31,646 nt of DNA from a virus (IMGVR_UViG_3300025698_000029:1-31646), one strand, 5' to 3'; counted from the stretch's first letter, positions 13,548 through 24,422 are shown. The notes: generated by a model not told the origin, from the letters alone. Numbers and translations: made by a program.

Positions 13548-13608
13548 CATTATATTGGATAGTTTATAGGAAACTACACACGTAAACCTACAAACTACCC
13601 ATATAATG
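13548..13608 (-). ncRNA. 22-bp RNA hairpin whose 16-nt loop is antisense to the recurrent gene-leader motif
   Basis: Minus strand CATTATATGGGTAGTTTGTAGG-[TTTACGTGTGTAGTTT]-CCTATAAACTATCCAATATAATG. Two G.U pairs on the minus strand would be A.C mismatches on the plus strand. Confidence 0.55.
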
Positions 13609-13630
13609 AATTACATTTAAGTAATTGATT

Positions 13631-13924
13631 CTAACTCATTGATTCTATCAGTTCATCCATAAAGTTCTCATGTCTTGATGCTAGATCTTTTACAGTCAAT
13701 TCTGCATTAACATCTTCTTTAAGTGTAGCTATCTCATTGAATACCTCACGTCTTCTAATTAAAACTGTAGATCCATTTGCTTTATAAGAGTCTAATTGTA
13801 ACGATCGAATAGTATCTTCTACCTCTTGCCTTCTAATCTCCAAATATTCTTTGAATCAGGCTCGATGTTCACTCTTAGTTATTCCTATTAATGCCTTTAG
13901 ATGTTTATCCTCTATATTAACCAT
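13631..13924 (-). CDS. Small head-module protein, 97 aa
   Basis: ATG 13924 to TAG 13631; extends track ORF 13631-13843 through TGA; SEHWAGFKEYL with CGA=Trp. Confidence 0.7.
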
Positions 13925-14510
13925 TGGTTTTAAGTTCAAGATCTAAAACTGTTAGTTGTGCATTATACAGTTTAATTTTTTCTTTATCTTGTTCAGTTTC
14001 AATAAGTTTCAATAGATTCTCCCTTTCAGTAGTTTTCATTTGTTTTAATATCTTTTCTTCTCAAAGGTCTTGATCAACATGAGCTTGTGATGTTGGAATA
14101 TCCTCGTCTGATATATCATTACTATGTATTGATCAATCAGAGTGATCTGCTTCCTCTCATGTGTATTGTCTTTTAAAGTTCCTGTAAGCTACTCAAATAT
14201 CAGAGTGTTGCAGAATTGTATCTAGATGGTTTGGTTTTACTCAATATCTTTCAACAATATCCGTTCATTTCTCTAGCTCCCGTAGTTTTACTCAATAAAA
14301 TTCTATGATTTTGTCCACTACTGCCATCATTGCTGGTTTTAAATTTGCCTGCAATACTCAGAATTCTATAAGCTTTTCTGTTGTAAGATCTATTGGATTC
14401 ATATTCTTTTCTGTTGCAAATTGAACTATAACCTTACCCCATTGTAATTTGTCTTGATGTGTTTTGGCAAAATCAGTGTAACCTGATCATTGCATTCGAT
14501 CGTTTGACAT
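13917..14510 (-). CDS. Hypothetical protein, 197 aa
   Basis: ATG 14510 preceded by the leader TTTATTATTTAAAACTACACACAC; TAA 13917. Confidence 0.75.
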
Positions 14511-14536
14511 GTGTGTGTAGTTTTAAATAATAAATA

Positions 14537-15214
14537 TTACAGATAAGTATCTGCATAGTCTCCACTTTTTACTGTGTTTTCTTTTACTAATTTTAGGTAG
14601 TATTCATTTAATTGATGTATTTTCTTATCCAATTTTGCATCTGCTTTTGTAGCTTTTCCATATACAACTGCCTTAATTAATTTCTCAGATTTAAGATCTG
14701 CTATAGTTATACCATAGAATCTTATAATCTCTTGGATGTAATCAGGTGCTGAATTTATGTCTAATACAATATCGTTTACTTCATAAGAATCAGCTCTCCA
14801 TTTTTTGATAGCTGTCATCTCTGCTTTTGTGATTTCATGTGCTTTAAGTTTATCGTCTTCGTATAGATCTACAGTATTTATTCCGTAGAACTGTTGAATT
14901 TTTCTGATCTTTAGATTTACTGATCCTTCTTCAACTTCTTCTTCTACTGGTGCAACTGGTTCAGCATCAGGTTCTCCTTGATCAATAGTCTCATCAGAAG
15001 GTGCATCAGGTGCATCTACTTCTTCAGTTTTAGTCTCATCTACTGAACTAACTTCTTCTTTAGTTCAATTTTCTGTGTTTTCTGAACTAACTACTCTTGC
15101 TTTCTCAATTTCTTTTTGCATTGCTTCAATATTGTTTTTGATTTGATTTCTTGGTTCTTTTCCTAGAACTTCAAGATATTGTTTTCTTACTTCTTCTAGT
15201 GTCATTTCAGTCAT
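14537..15214 (-). CDS. Hypothetical protein, 225 aa, with an acidic Pro-rich linker
   Basis: ATG 15214 to TAA 14537; includes track ORF 14537-14818; two FYGI..DL repeats. Confidence 0.75.
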
Positions 15215-15225
15215 TTGTGTGTAAA

Positions 15226-15618
15226 TTAATTAGTTAAAAGTTTTTTTAAGTCTGCCAATACTATTCATGATTTTGCTATTTCTTTTTCTAATACAACTCA
15301 GCTTGCCAGTTCTTCTTGAAGTTTATAATACTTAGTTGTGTAGGTTGTTTTGATCAATTCTCATTGTTTTACTAATTCCATTGGATCTTTTACATCAGGG
15401 AATTTTTTGATAGTTTCTTCTTTAAATTCTTCGTTAGAATAAAGATGATTGTAATCATAACCTTCATCTGTAAACCAATCTTCTAGTTTTTTAATAGTTT
15501 CAGGAAGTTGAGTTTGTTTGATCTTATTTACCAAAAATGCTCTTGTAAATTCATCAATAAGTGCTTTAACTCCTTCTTGTCATAATAAGTCTTTTTCTTC
15601 TTGTGTAAGTATTAACAT
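15226..15618 (-). CDS. Hypothetical protein, 130 aa
   Basis: ATG 15618 with AAAACTACAC leader; TAA 15226. Confidence 0.75.
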
Positions 15619-15626
15619 GTGTAGTT

Positions 15627-17519
15627 TTAGTAATTATTTAAAAGTGGTTGTGGTCAATTTTGTGGTTGTTGAGATAGTGATTGTCTTGAAGCATGGTTCT
15701 GCATTGCTTGATTTGGTCATGCTTGATTCATCAATTCTTGTTGTCAGCTCTGTATATATGCCATCTTTCTCATTTCTATTGCTGACTTTGTTGCAGGTGT
15801 AGATAATGCTGATTGATAAATACAAAGATATGTGTAATGATCTTCATTAGGATCTTCTATTATCACAGGCATATTGTTATTCAATAATATAACATGATCT
15901 TTCGCATCCAATTCTTCTGGAGTATACGGACATCATTGCTCGATCTCTCTTAAACTCATTCATTGCATAGCATAAAGTTTACGTTTCATAAACCTTCTTG
16001 CAACTGGTGGAGTAGTAGGATCGTTTAAAGTCAATGTATATATTCTCTCAAAAGTAGCTAATTCTGATTTATTCTTAGACTCTAATTCTCATTTGTTTTG
16101 GATTTGTAGTCTTGGATCGTTTGCTCCTATGATATTCTTACGTGAGAATATGTCTCATGATTGTCATATACCTCTATTAAGCTCTGTATATTTCTCATCT
16201 TTAGCAGAGAAGTAGAATTTATAATAAAGATACCATAGCTCCCAAAAGTCTTTTTCTCATCGTGAGTTTATTTTGTTTCAGAGTATCAAATTAATGTTGG
16301 CATTCATCTGTGCTATCTGAGCTTCACGTGCTGTGTCTGCATTTGGATCTGCTACTCATCTAGTCAAACTACTCAATCCTGTATCATCTTGAACTTGTTG
16401 ATCTAATAATTGTGGGAAGTTATATACATCCTGAGTCATTCCTTGTACTGGCTCATTATACATCATATTTCCTATATTTGCGTTATTTTTAATATCAACA
16501 GGTATATATTGTGGTCATTGTACTCATTGCTCTAATATCTTTTTAGATTTGAAGTATATTGATTTATCTAAGAATACTTTACCTCATAATGCTTGTTTGA
16601 TGGCTTGTACTCTGATAAGATTATACATCAATGTCTTTAATTTCTGTTTATCTTCTGCTATATCGTATAGACAAATTCCTCGTGGATCTCAATCTACAGG
16701 TTCGTAGTAATTCAAAGATACAGGAATCCATTTTAGGACTTCTGTTTTTCCTTTTACCTTTCTAATCAATGGTTCTACAACTCTAACATCCAATAGTTCT
16801 GATGCTCCTCGCATGGTTACTTGTATTGGAAGTCCTTTATATCTTGAATAATGTACATAAATTACTGTATTTGATCATCATAATTCTTTTTCTAATGCTG
16901 TCATATCTCTAGGACTTGCATCTGATTCAATCTTTTCCTGCATATCAGGAGAAAGTCATGCTTCTACTTTTCATGTATTCATCCAAATATCTGAGTTTGC
17001 TTTAACTTCTTGCACTGACATAATTCTTTCAAATCCCATGTATTGGAAGTTCTCAGCTGATGTATGTCCACTTGGATCAGGATACCATGATTCAGGTGCT
17101 ACTACTTTGTAGCTAGGATTCTTATAGTCTTGACGATCATCCCATCCGTCTAATAATCTGATTCATACTCATTTTGTGAACCTATTTTTTTGATTAGTAT
17201 AATCTGCTTTTTCCATAGAAAGATTATCATAATCATACTCACATACTGATTGAAAATTACTAGCTTCAATAAAATGATACAAGTCTCTACTTGTCCATTT
17301 AATACTCAATTTGTCTTGATAATATAATGCTAATAATGAATTTGTTAGACTTCTGATAAGATTTACTTTAACTTTTTCGTCCGCAACGTTAGAAACATTA
17401 TAGAGCCATGTCCTGTCTCTCATGGTTTGTCTCTTTTGTGATGAAGCATTTTTACTGGTTGTGAACTCCGATATAGTTAGCTCTTTAATCTTTTTTAAAT
17501 CTTTTCCTTTGAATTCCAT
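15627..17519 (-). CDS. Portal protein (P22-like), 630 aa
   Basis: ATG 17519 to TAA 15627. Follows TerL; W.PDP, P.G..L.D...DKQ and TAREAQIAQMNAN motifs; Gln-rich C-terminus. Confidence 0.85.
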
Positions 17520-17550
17520 AAAATAGATTGTTGGAATTAAAACTTATTTT

Positions 17551-17578
17551 CTTATATTCGTTTATTTTAAAAAATCAA
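17551..17578 (-). promoter_or_regulatory. Possible sigma70-type promoter for the portal/head operon
   Basis: TTGATT-N16-TATAAG in the TerL-portal gap; the -10 box is imperfect. Confidence 0.3.
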
Positions 17579-17580
17579 GC

Positions 17581-19248
17581 CTAATTTAATAAAGTTGAAT
17601 TAACGACAACTCATCAATCGCTTGGATCTTCTAAATGATTTGGTTCATTATCTGCAAAATATTCTGTAGCTGTTCTGTAGTGAGAGTTCTCATCATGTAC
17701 TGGTTTATCCTTCTCTGATGTACTTTCAGATCATTCTTTTATTTGTGGATAATGCGATTGAATTATTGCCTGTTCTCGATCATGACATTCGCTATCATAA
17801 AATACTCTATTCAACATTAATTGAGTTTTATTGATTCTTTCTCTCAATGTAGATTTTCTATTTGTTGTTAAATTTATTCACATTTCTCTCAATGCTTCTC
17901 TAATTGTCTCAGTTTGTACTGTGGTCTTAGTATCAGAATTGTATGGATCTCAGAAATGATCACTAAATCTGATCATTCTCATATACTCCATCAACTCATA
18001 GTCCTCAGTAGTATATGCTCGATTATTTCATTGATATGGTTTTCATATTACTAATCATGCAAAGTCTTTTATATGCCATCATACTCTTTCAAATGTTTTT
18101 ATCACAAATAACATTCATGTTTTATAATCCTTTTGCCATAATATAAAAGCATTTGAATCTCTACCAAAATCCCATGATCAATATGTTTTTCTCTTTATGT
18201 CATATACAAATGTTCCTTTTGATGCCATCCTTGTAAATAGTGGATAAACTGCTCATGATACTGATGTTTCATAACTTATATCTATCTCTTTTGCTAGATC
18301 TAATGTTGTTCTAGTAGCTTTCTGCATATCATACCATGCTTGTGTTTTTAGTGGATGATCACGCCAATGTAATCTGATCTTTTTACATAAATAATGTTTA
18401 TAATCTTTATGGTTGGTCATTACTTTTCAATATACGTTGTTGGTTCATTCAGGAGTTCATCAGAATATTCTGCAATCTGTAACATCCTTTGTCTTTCTAA
18501 ATGCAGTAGAGTCTCTAGTCCATAATGCAAACTCATCTAACCATACACTTTTTCTACGTCATCATGTTCAAAAGTTAGGTCATGAATCTCCTGCTATCTC
18601 TTTGTCTCAATCTTCTTTTGATGATATACTCATATATTTTGATGCCATATCGTCAGGTAGCATCCACTCAGGAAGCCTAGACAATACGTATCTATATCTT
18701 TCAAAGTTACTATCCATATTTCATTGCTCATCTACATAATCCTCTTTATATGATCATGATAATGTACTCCATCAGTGAAATAACCATCATCGTGTATATA
18801 TTCAGATCATCTGCCATGAGAATCATACGTCTCTAGTTTTCTCTACAAATACTTCTTCTCATTTCTCAATACTATTAACTATTGATAATATAAAATCGTT
18901 TTGAAATGGATATGGTATGAACGGTAGATGCGGTTTATCTAGTCTAGGATTATATGTCCATAAGAATAATGCAAAGAACATTAATGGACTCTTTTTACAT
19001 TGTTCTAAATAAAACTCTTGGAATTTTTTATCTCATTCAGCACGTCTCATTATAGATATTCTTTTTTTCAGATTGTTGTGCTGTACTTGTTTTATATATT
19101 CGTCTCTTTGTTCTGTTGAATATTTTACGTTTGATCTCCACTTCTCCAATGTTTCTTCTCTAGATAATCAAGAAAAATCTAACATTTCTTCTATCAAAAA
19201 GTTCTCAGGTACATCCATAACATTATTTAAAGTGTAATCTTGTGTCAT
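17581..19248 (-). CDS. terL: Terminase large subunit, 555 aa
   Basis: ATG 19248 to TAG 17581. Motifs PFIPYPFQ, EKTRDVGFSW (Walker A variant), VWLDEF (Walker B), GTPEG, LHWRDHP, WDFGRD and HDENSH. Confidence 0.92.
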
Positions 19249-19926
19249 TTATTTCTTTCAATTTGCAAAAAATTCTCCTAATTCCTCCATTAGGTCTTTC
19301 TCATTAAGTTCTTGTTTCTTCTTTCAATCTGATGTTGATTGTTGATCTTCTCTTAGATCAAATATACTATGCTCTGCACTTAGTAATAATTTAGCTATGC
19401 TTGAATTGTATTGTCAGGTTATACCTAGATCTTTAAGCATTCTTAGTTGGATACTCAAACATCTCTTGTACGATAGAAAAAAAGACGGATATAATAATTT
19501 ACCTTCATTTCTGTCAGTAGCCCAGTTCCTAAGTGTTCTAACATCAACTCATATTTTCATTGCAAATCACTCAAATCGTGGTGGAGCTTTTGGTCTAGTG
19601 TTGATTCTCTCCCTCATCACTCAATTTTTTCATACAAATTCTTCTGTAATATATTCTTCATAGTATCATCATTTTACATGATTCTCAAAATATTCAAGCA
19701 TCTCTTTTACATATTTAGGTTTATATTTTGAAGGCGATCATTTTCATATGTTGGTATTTACTTTAATTCATTTCTTATTATTTATTTCAATTTCTAAGAT
19801 TCTTTCGTCTCTAGATTGTTTCTTCTTAACTATTTGTTTCTTAATCTTTGTGGTTTTTGCTGTACTTGTTCACGTTTTTTTGGCACGTTTTGCTAGATCT
19901 TTCATTGTTCAAGTCTTTTTTACCAT
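19249..19926 (-). CDS. terS: Terminase small subunit (P22 gp3-like), 225 aa
   Basis: ATG 19926 to TAA 19249, abutting terL. Motifs G.PSKYKP.Y, FEGFA..IGV...TL.NW and GQYNSSIAKLLLS. Confidence 0.8.
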
Positions 19927-19930
19927 GCTT

Positions 19931-20152
19931 CTATTTGTTACGGATAAATTTTCCTAATTGATCTTTAACATGAGCATCTAGTTGTTTTCATAAATTATCT
20001 CTTAAAGCTTTCTCAGCTAATTTTAGATCTTTAGTCCATAGCATTCATGATTCTTCGATCTTTTTTCTTAGCTTATTTGAAATAATACTTTGTCATTGAA
20101 TTGTATCTCATTCAATGTAATAAACAACGTCTCCCATTTCTAATTTCTCCAT
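19931..20152 (-). CDS. Hypothetical protein, 73 aa
   Basis: ATG 20152 with the full leader motif; TAG 19931. Confidence 0.7.
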
Positions 20153-20177
20153 GTGTAGTTTTAAATAATAAATAAGT

Positions 20178-20249
20178 TTGCAGAGTGTCGAATCGAACGA
20201 CCGTAACCTCGCTTATGAGACGAGATCGAGAACCAGCACTCTCCCTGCA
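20178..20249 (-). tRNA. tRNA with CAU anticodon (Met/fMet-like or Ile2), atypical D arm
   Basis: Acceptor TGCAGGG/CTCTGCA+A; anticodon arm CTCGT-CTCATAA-GCGAG; T arm GTCG-TTCGATT-CGAC; no encoded CCA. Confidence 0.75.
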
Positions 20250-20376
20250 TTATATGGGAGGAAAATGTTTAATAAACCTCCCAAATCGAATCGTATGACA
20301 TGATTCAGTATCCGTAGCCCCACCTTGCTAGAGATCATGATAGCCCTCTCTTTGTGCTACCAAGCCGTGTGTAGTT

Positions 20377-21090
20377 TTATTTATAGAAGTCGATTTGACC
20401 ATCATAACTGATTCCATTATCCATTGCATGGTATATGGCAATTCTTGCTCAGTTTTTTAGATCTTCCATAACATTCACTATTCATTTTGTACAGTTTAAT
20501 TCTGATAAATCAACAATTCTTTTTGCGGGAAAAGAATTTCTATCAAGAACTCCTGCGATTTTACAATCAGTATATCATACCGTAACATTCCATGTATGCA
20601 TTGGATATGCAGAATATGCAACTCCATCAACATCTAATGTTACTACTAATTTTCATCCAATAGCATCTTGCGGTGCTTTAACAAATGTAGCATTTAGTCA
20701 ATCCATGTAAGAAACTTTTGTAAGATTTCTGAATACATTTTTTGATGTGCTAGATTTTAAACTCCAATTCCATTCAGCATCTTTAGTTGTATAAGTTACT
20801 GCTGGTCTTTCTGATATTGCTACAATATCTTCTATCATATCAATTGCTCCTTCTGCTTCTTCTTCTACTACTATAACTGGTGTTTCTTTCAATGTTGTAA
20901 TTTCTGTTAATAACATGTTTGATCTTTTTACTGCATTTGCTAGATCTGTTTCTAATACTTCATTTTGTTCTACTGCTAGTTCTAACTTAGCTGAATCGTC
21001 TCATGCTCCTCCAAAGATTACTAATCAAATTAGGAATCCTAGTCATAGTATAGCCAATACTGTAAGTCAGTTTTGTAATGCTCTTTTCAT
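20377..21090 (-). CDS. Membrane-anchored/exported protein, 237 aa
   Basis: ATG 21090 to TAA 20377; N-terminal hydrophobic helix LTVLAILGLGFLIGLVIFGG, then a coiled coil and a beta-rich domain. Confidence 0.7.
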
Positions 21091-21121
21091 TTTGTTTAAA
21101 TGTAATAATATATAAAAAAGT

Positions 21122-21388
21122 TTAATCACTTCGTGTTTGTGCCTTTACTGCTCGCATTTGTGCAGATTGTGCTTCTGTAATAGCAATACTTGCTAGTCTT
21201 TTAGTCTCTTTTCATGCTCATTCTGAATTTCTTAATGCATCCATTTTATCAATAATTGTAGCATATAGTTGTTTAAGTTTTCATACCTGATCATCTCAAC
21301 TAGGATTAAATCTTAATCAAACTGACTTTTGTCAGAAAGATAATTCAGGCATTTTTTCCACTGATGGTCATAGTCATGTAGAGTTCAT
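21122..21388 (-). CDS. Acb2/Tad1-like helical-hairpin protein (candidate anti-defence nucleotide sponge), 88 aa
   Basis: LSFGQKSVGLRFNPSGDDQVGKLKQLYATIID...KRLASIAITEAQSAQMWAVKAQTW; family assigned from recalled motif similarity only. Confidence 0.6.
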
Positions 21389-21415
21389 TTTTTTTAATAT
21401 AATTAATATAAAAGG

Positions 21416-21865
21416 TTATTTCTCTAGGTTTCTTGTTCAAAATCTACTAACAAGGTATGTTAATCAATCTTTTGATAATTCTATATTTTTTCATTCTACC
21501 TCGATCGTCATCTCTATTTCGTCTATCTCCTTACCTTCAATAACAATATATAATGTACTGTTTGAGTCGATTTTTAGTCTTGTTTCTTCTAGCAAATATT
21601 TTATAGCATAGAAATAAAAGAATTTATCTGTATCATCTGCAAGATCTTCTATTTCTTCTTCATGACTCTCTAATTCACTTTTGAAATGCTCCATATCTCC
21701 CTGAACTTTTCTAAATGAATTATTTGTATCTAATACATAATCAGATGCATTTTTTCTAATTTTTATATTATCTGCTTCTCATTTTTCTAGTCTATCAATC
21801 AGTCATAATACCGCACAGAATAATACTGCTATAAGTACAAATAATATTATAATTACTGTTATCAT
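21416..21865 (-). CDS. Membrane-anchored hypothetical protein, 149 aa
   Basis: ATG 21865 to TAA 21416; N-terminal MITVIIIIIVLIAVLFCAVLGLI; includes track ORF 21491-21694. Confidence 0.7.
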
Positions 21866-21866
21866 C

Positions 21867-22676
21867 TTATTTTTTCTTTAACTCAGATAAAATCTTTTTT
21901 GATTCTACATCCCCAAATACTTTTTTAATATAATCAGCATCAGGTTTATGTTCTCCAGAGATTATACTACCTCTGAACTGCTTTTTGAACTTTGCTATAT
22001 AATCCTCTGCTTCTCAATAACATGTAGGTTTTGTCATAGCAAACTCAGGTATAATACCCATAAGTTCATTGATGATACCTTTCTGATCTTTTGAAATAGC
22101 AAATACCTCTAATTTGTCAATATTTCCTTTGGCAATTTGATCTAATTTGTCTTTAGCTGATTGCAATAACTCAGTAGTTACTGGTACTACATCATAGATC
22201 TTCTCAGGCAAATCAACCTTACCTTGCATGAAGTTATCATTACAATGATTTGATAGATCAATAGGATTCTTCAAAGATTCTCAACCAAATACTGCATGTC
22301 CGTAATTTCAAACTTTCTTGTAATCTAGATATTGGTTAGGTATATCATAAGTAAATTTACCAATACCTCGCTTTACTCCTGCTCTTTTAAATGCTCATGA
22401 TGATGTAGTCTTCTCTTTTCATTCCTTTGTGTCTCCCATATCAGATCTTCGTAATCGTTCTCCATCTACTCTAATTCAGATACTACATACAGTTTTTCCT
22501 GCAACTGTAGTAATTTTGTCTTGCCAGTTGTTTATACCAATAAGATTGTTTAATTGATCCATAGTATCTCTAGCATCAAAGTATGCTACACAGATACATT
22601 TTGTATCGTTTTTGTAAGTTGTTTGTACCATTCGTTTTACCTCAAATGGCTTAAATAAATCAGTTAATCATGTCAT
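21867..22676 (-). CDS. Rad52/Rad22-family single-strand annealing protein (Sak-like), 269 aa
   Basis: PFEVKW.VQ, AYFDARD..D.L...G..NWQD, DGEWLWRSD.G and AFKRAGVKWGIGKF.YD, reading CGA as Trp. Confidence 0.9.
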
Positions 22677-22713
22677 ACGTGTGATTTTTAAATATAAAAG
22701 ATAGTTCTTCTTT

Positions 22714-22745
22714 ACAATAGAGATTATTTCTACTAATACAAGTAG
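22714..22745 (-). promoter_or_regulatory. Promoter with a palindromic operator over the -35 box, upstream of the Rad52-like gene
   Basis: TTGTAT-N16-TATTGT; CTACT-N6-AGTAG palindrome at 22730-22745; 19 nt identical to 27039-27057. Confidence 0.65.
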
Positions 22746-22793
22746 TAATTATACCTTTTCTGCTAACTTATCGTTATCATCTCATGGGAAGCA

Positions 22794-23039
22794 CTACAAA
22801 ACTTCTTTTGCAGTAACAATAAATCCATCAGGTTTCCTTTTCCACAATCTAATCAATCTCTCTGTAAACGGAATCCTAATATATCTATAAAATAGCTGAG
22901 TTTTAAGCCTTCTACCTGATAATTTCCATTTAGATAAAGGTTTACCTCGAGGATCTCATGGTTCTGTGTATGGATATGGTGCTTTCATATGATCCATTGC
23001 ATTTTGTAATATCTCTGCGGTCATCTTTACTTTTTCCAT
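22794..23039 (-). CDS. Hypothetical basic protein, 81 aa
   Basis: ATG 23039 to TAG 22794 with TGA=Gly. Confidence 0.6.
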
Positions 23040-23061
23040 GATCTCTAATAATATAATAAAA

Positions 23062-23226
23062 CTAATCATCTCATGGTCAAACAACAGTACCTTTTCAACA
23101 ACTAGGACATTTTGCTTTCTTTTTTAATATCTTAGCAAATAAAGTTAGTGAATAATCTCAATATATGTATTCCTTATATTCACAATCTTTGCATCTTATA
23201 TAACATATTGCTTTATCTAATTTCAT
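23062..23226 (-). CDS. Zinc-ribbon protein, 54 aa
   Basis: CKDC...CPSCG; ATG 23226, TAG 23062. Confidence 0.7.
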
Positions 23227-23603
23227 GTTGTTTTTTCGCTAAAAGGTTTAAAACATCTTAAAAGATCGTATTCAGTATATGTAAATACTTCTTCTTCTAA
23301 TTCTTCCCAAACCATCATCATTATATATCTATTGTGTATATCTATTGCAACAACCTGATATAAGTTATCATCTCCATGATCATCCCTATGCTCGAAATTC
23401 TTTCACAAAAATTTCTGTTTGTGTTCAATACTTGTTTCTGTTACGTCTATTCGATCAGAGGAATTTTCGATTGTTGTTGCTGGTATTAGCAGAGATTCAG
23501 CTGGATTAGAGTAATCCCCAAAATATACACGATAATGTGTTTTAGAGAATTCATTTGCTTTCCAGTTATTTGTTTTATGCATGTATTTTTTAATAATTTT
23601 CAT
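23217..23603 (-). CDS. Hypothetical protein, 128 aa
   Basis: Leader motif plus ATG 23603; extends track ORF 23403-23603 through TGA to TAG 23217; IPATTIENSSDWI. Confidence 0.7.
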
Positions 23604-23627
23604 GTGTAGTTATTTAATATAATAAAA

Positions 23628-24119
23628 CTATTTTCATCTACCTCTATTTAATGCTTCTCTAGCTTTGTCTTTATCTATAATAGGTTTTGGACTTGTATCT
23701 ACTTCGTATTTCTTTGTGATCTTCTTTTTTGCTTTAATATATTTTGTATCTTTGCTTACAGGTATTTGTATATCTATCTCTTTCAGAAACCATTTAGGAA
23801 TCATATCAATTTCTTTTACAATACCTTGTATAATAGAAGGATTCTTAGATTGATATTTGATAAAATTCTTAATGTAAACCCAGTTCTTCTTATATACTAT
23901 TTTTCAATCTTCTTCAAACTTTTTCAATATGGATATGATCTGCCACTCTAATAACTTTGTATCTATTATCATTTCATCTATCCCTATTTCATATACTCCT
24001 GCTATATTTGTAAATGAATTCGTCAAAAGATATACAAACAATAATTTCTCTGTTGCTTTCAAACTTTTGATATATGTATCTTTTCGCAGTCTTGTTTCAA
24101 TTTGTCTTTTTGTTGCCAT
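23628..24119 (-). CDS. Phage replication initiator-like protein (N-terminal winged-helix, DnaD/replisome-organiser type), 163 aa
   Basis: RQIETRLWKD..I..L...EKLLFVYLLTN..TNIAGVYEI...NWVYIKNFIKYQ..NP; TAG 23628. Confidence 0.75.
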
Positions 24120-24206
24120 ACGATTTATAATATAATATAATATAACATAATATAAGCCAGTCTGTATACAGGCTGTTACCTTCCTGTTATCTTCTTAGTT
24201 CTAGTC

Positions 24207-24422
24207 TTAGTCTTCCTCCATATCCAAAGAATCCATAAGACTGTGGATTCACATTGTCAGATTTTCTTGTTCTTTTTTATTCAATGATTGTTTAATTGTT
24301 GCTCAAATACCAATCCCCGCAATGGTTATTAATATCGTTTCTATATTTCCTAATTTTCTTTTCATAAAAGATATATCATTTTCATATCTTTCTAAGATTT
24401 GTAGTAATTCTGTTTTATCCAT
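24207..24422 (-). CDS. Hypothetical protein, 71 aa
   Basis: Leader TTTATTATTTAAAACCACACGAA plus ATG 24422; TAA 24207. Confidence 0.65.
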
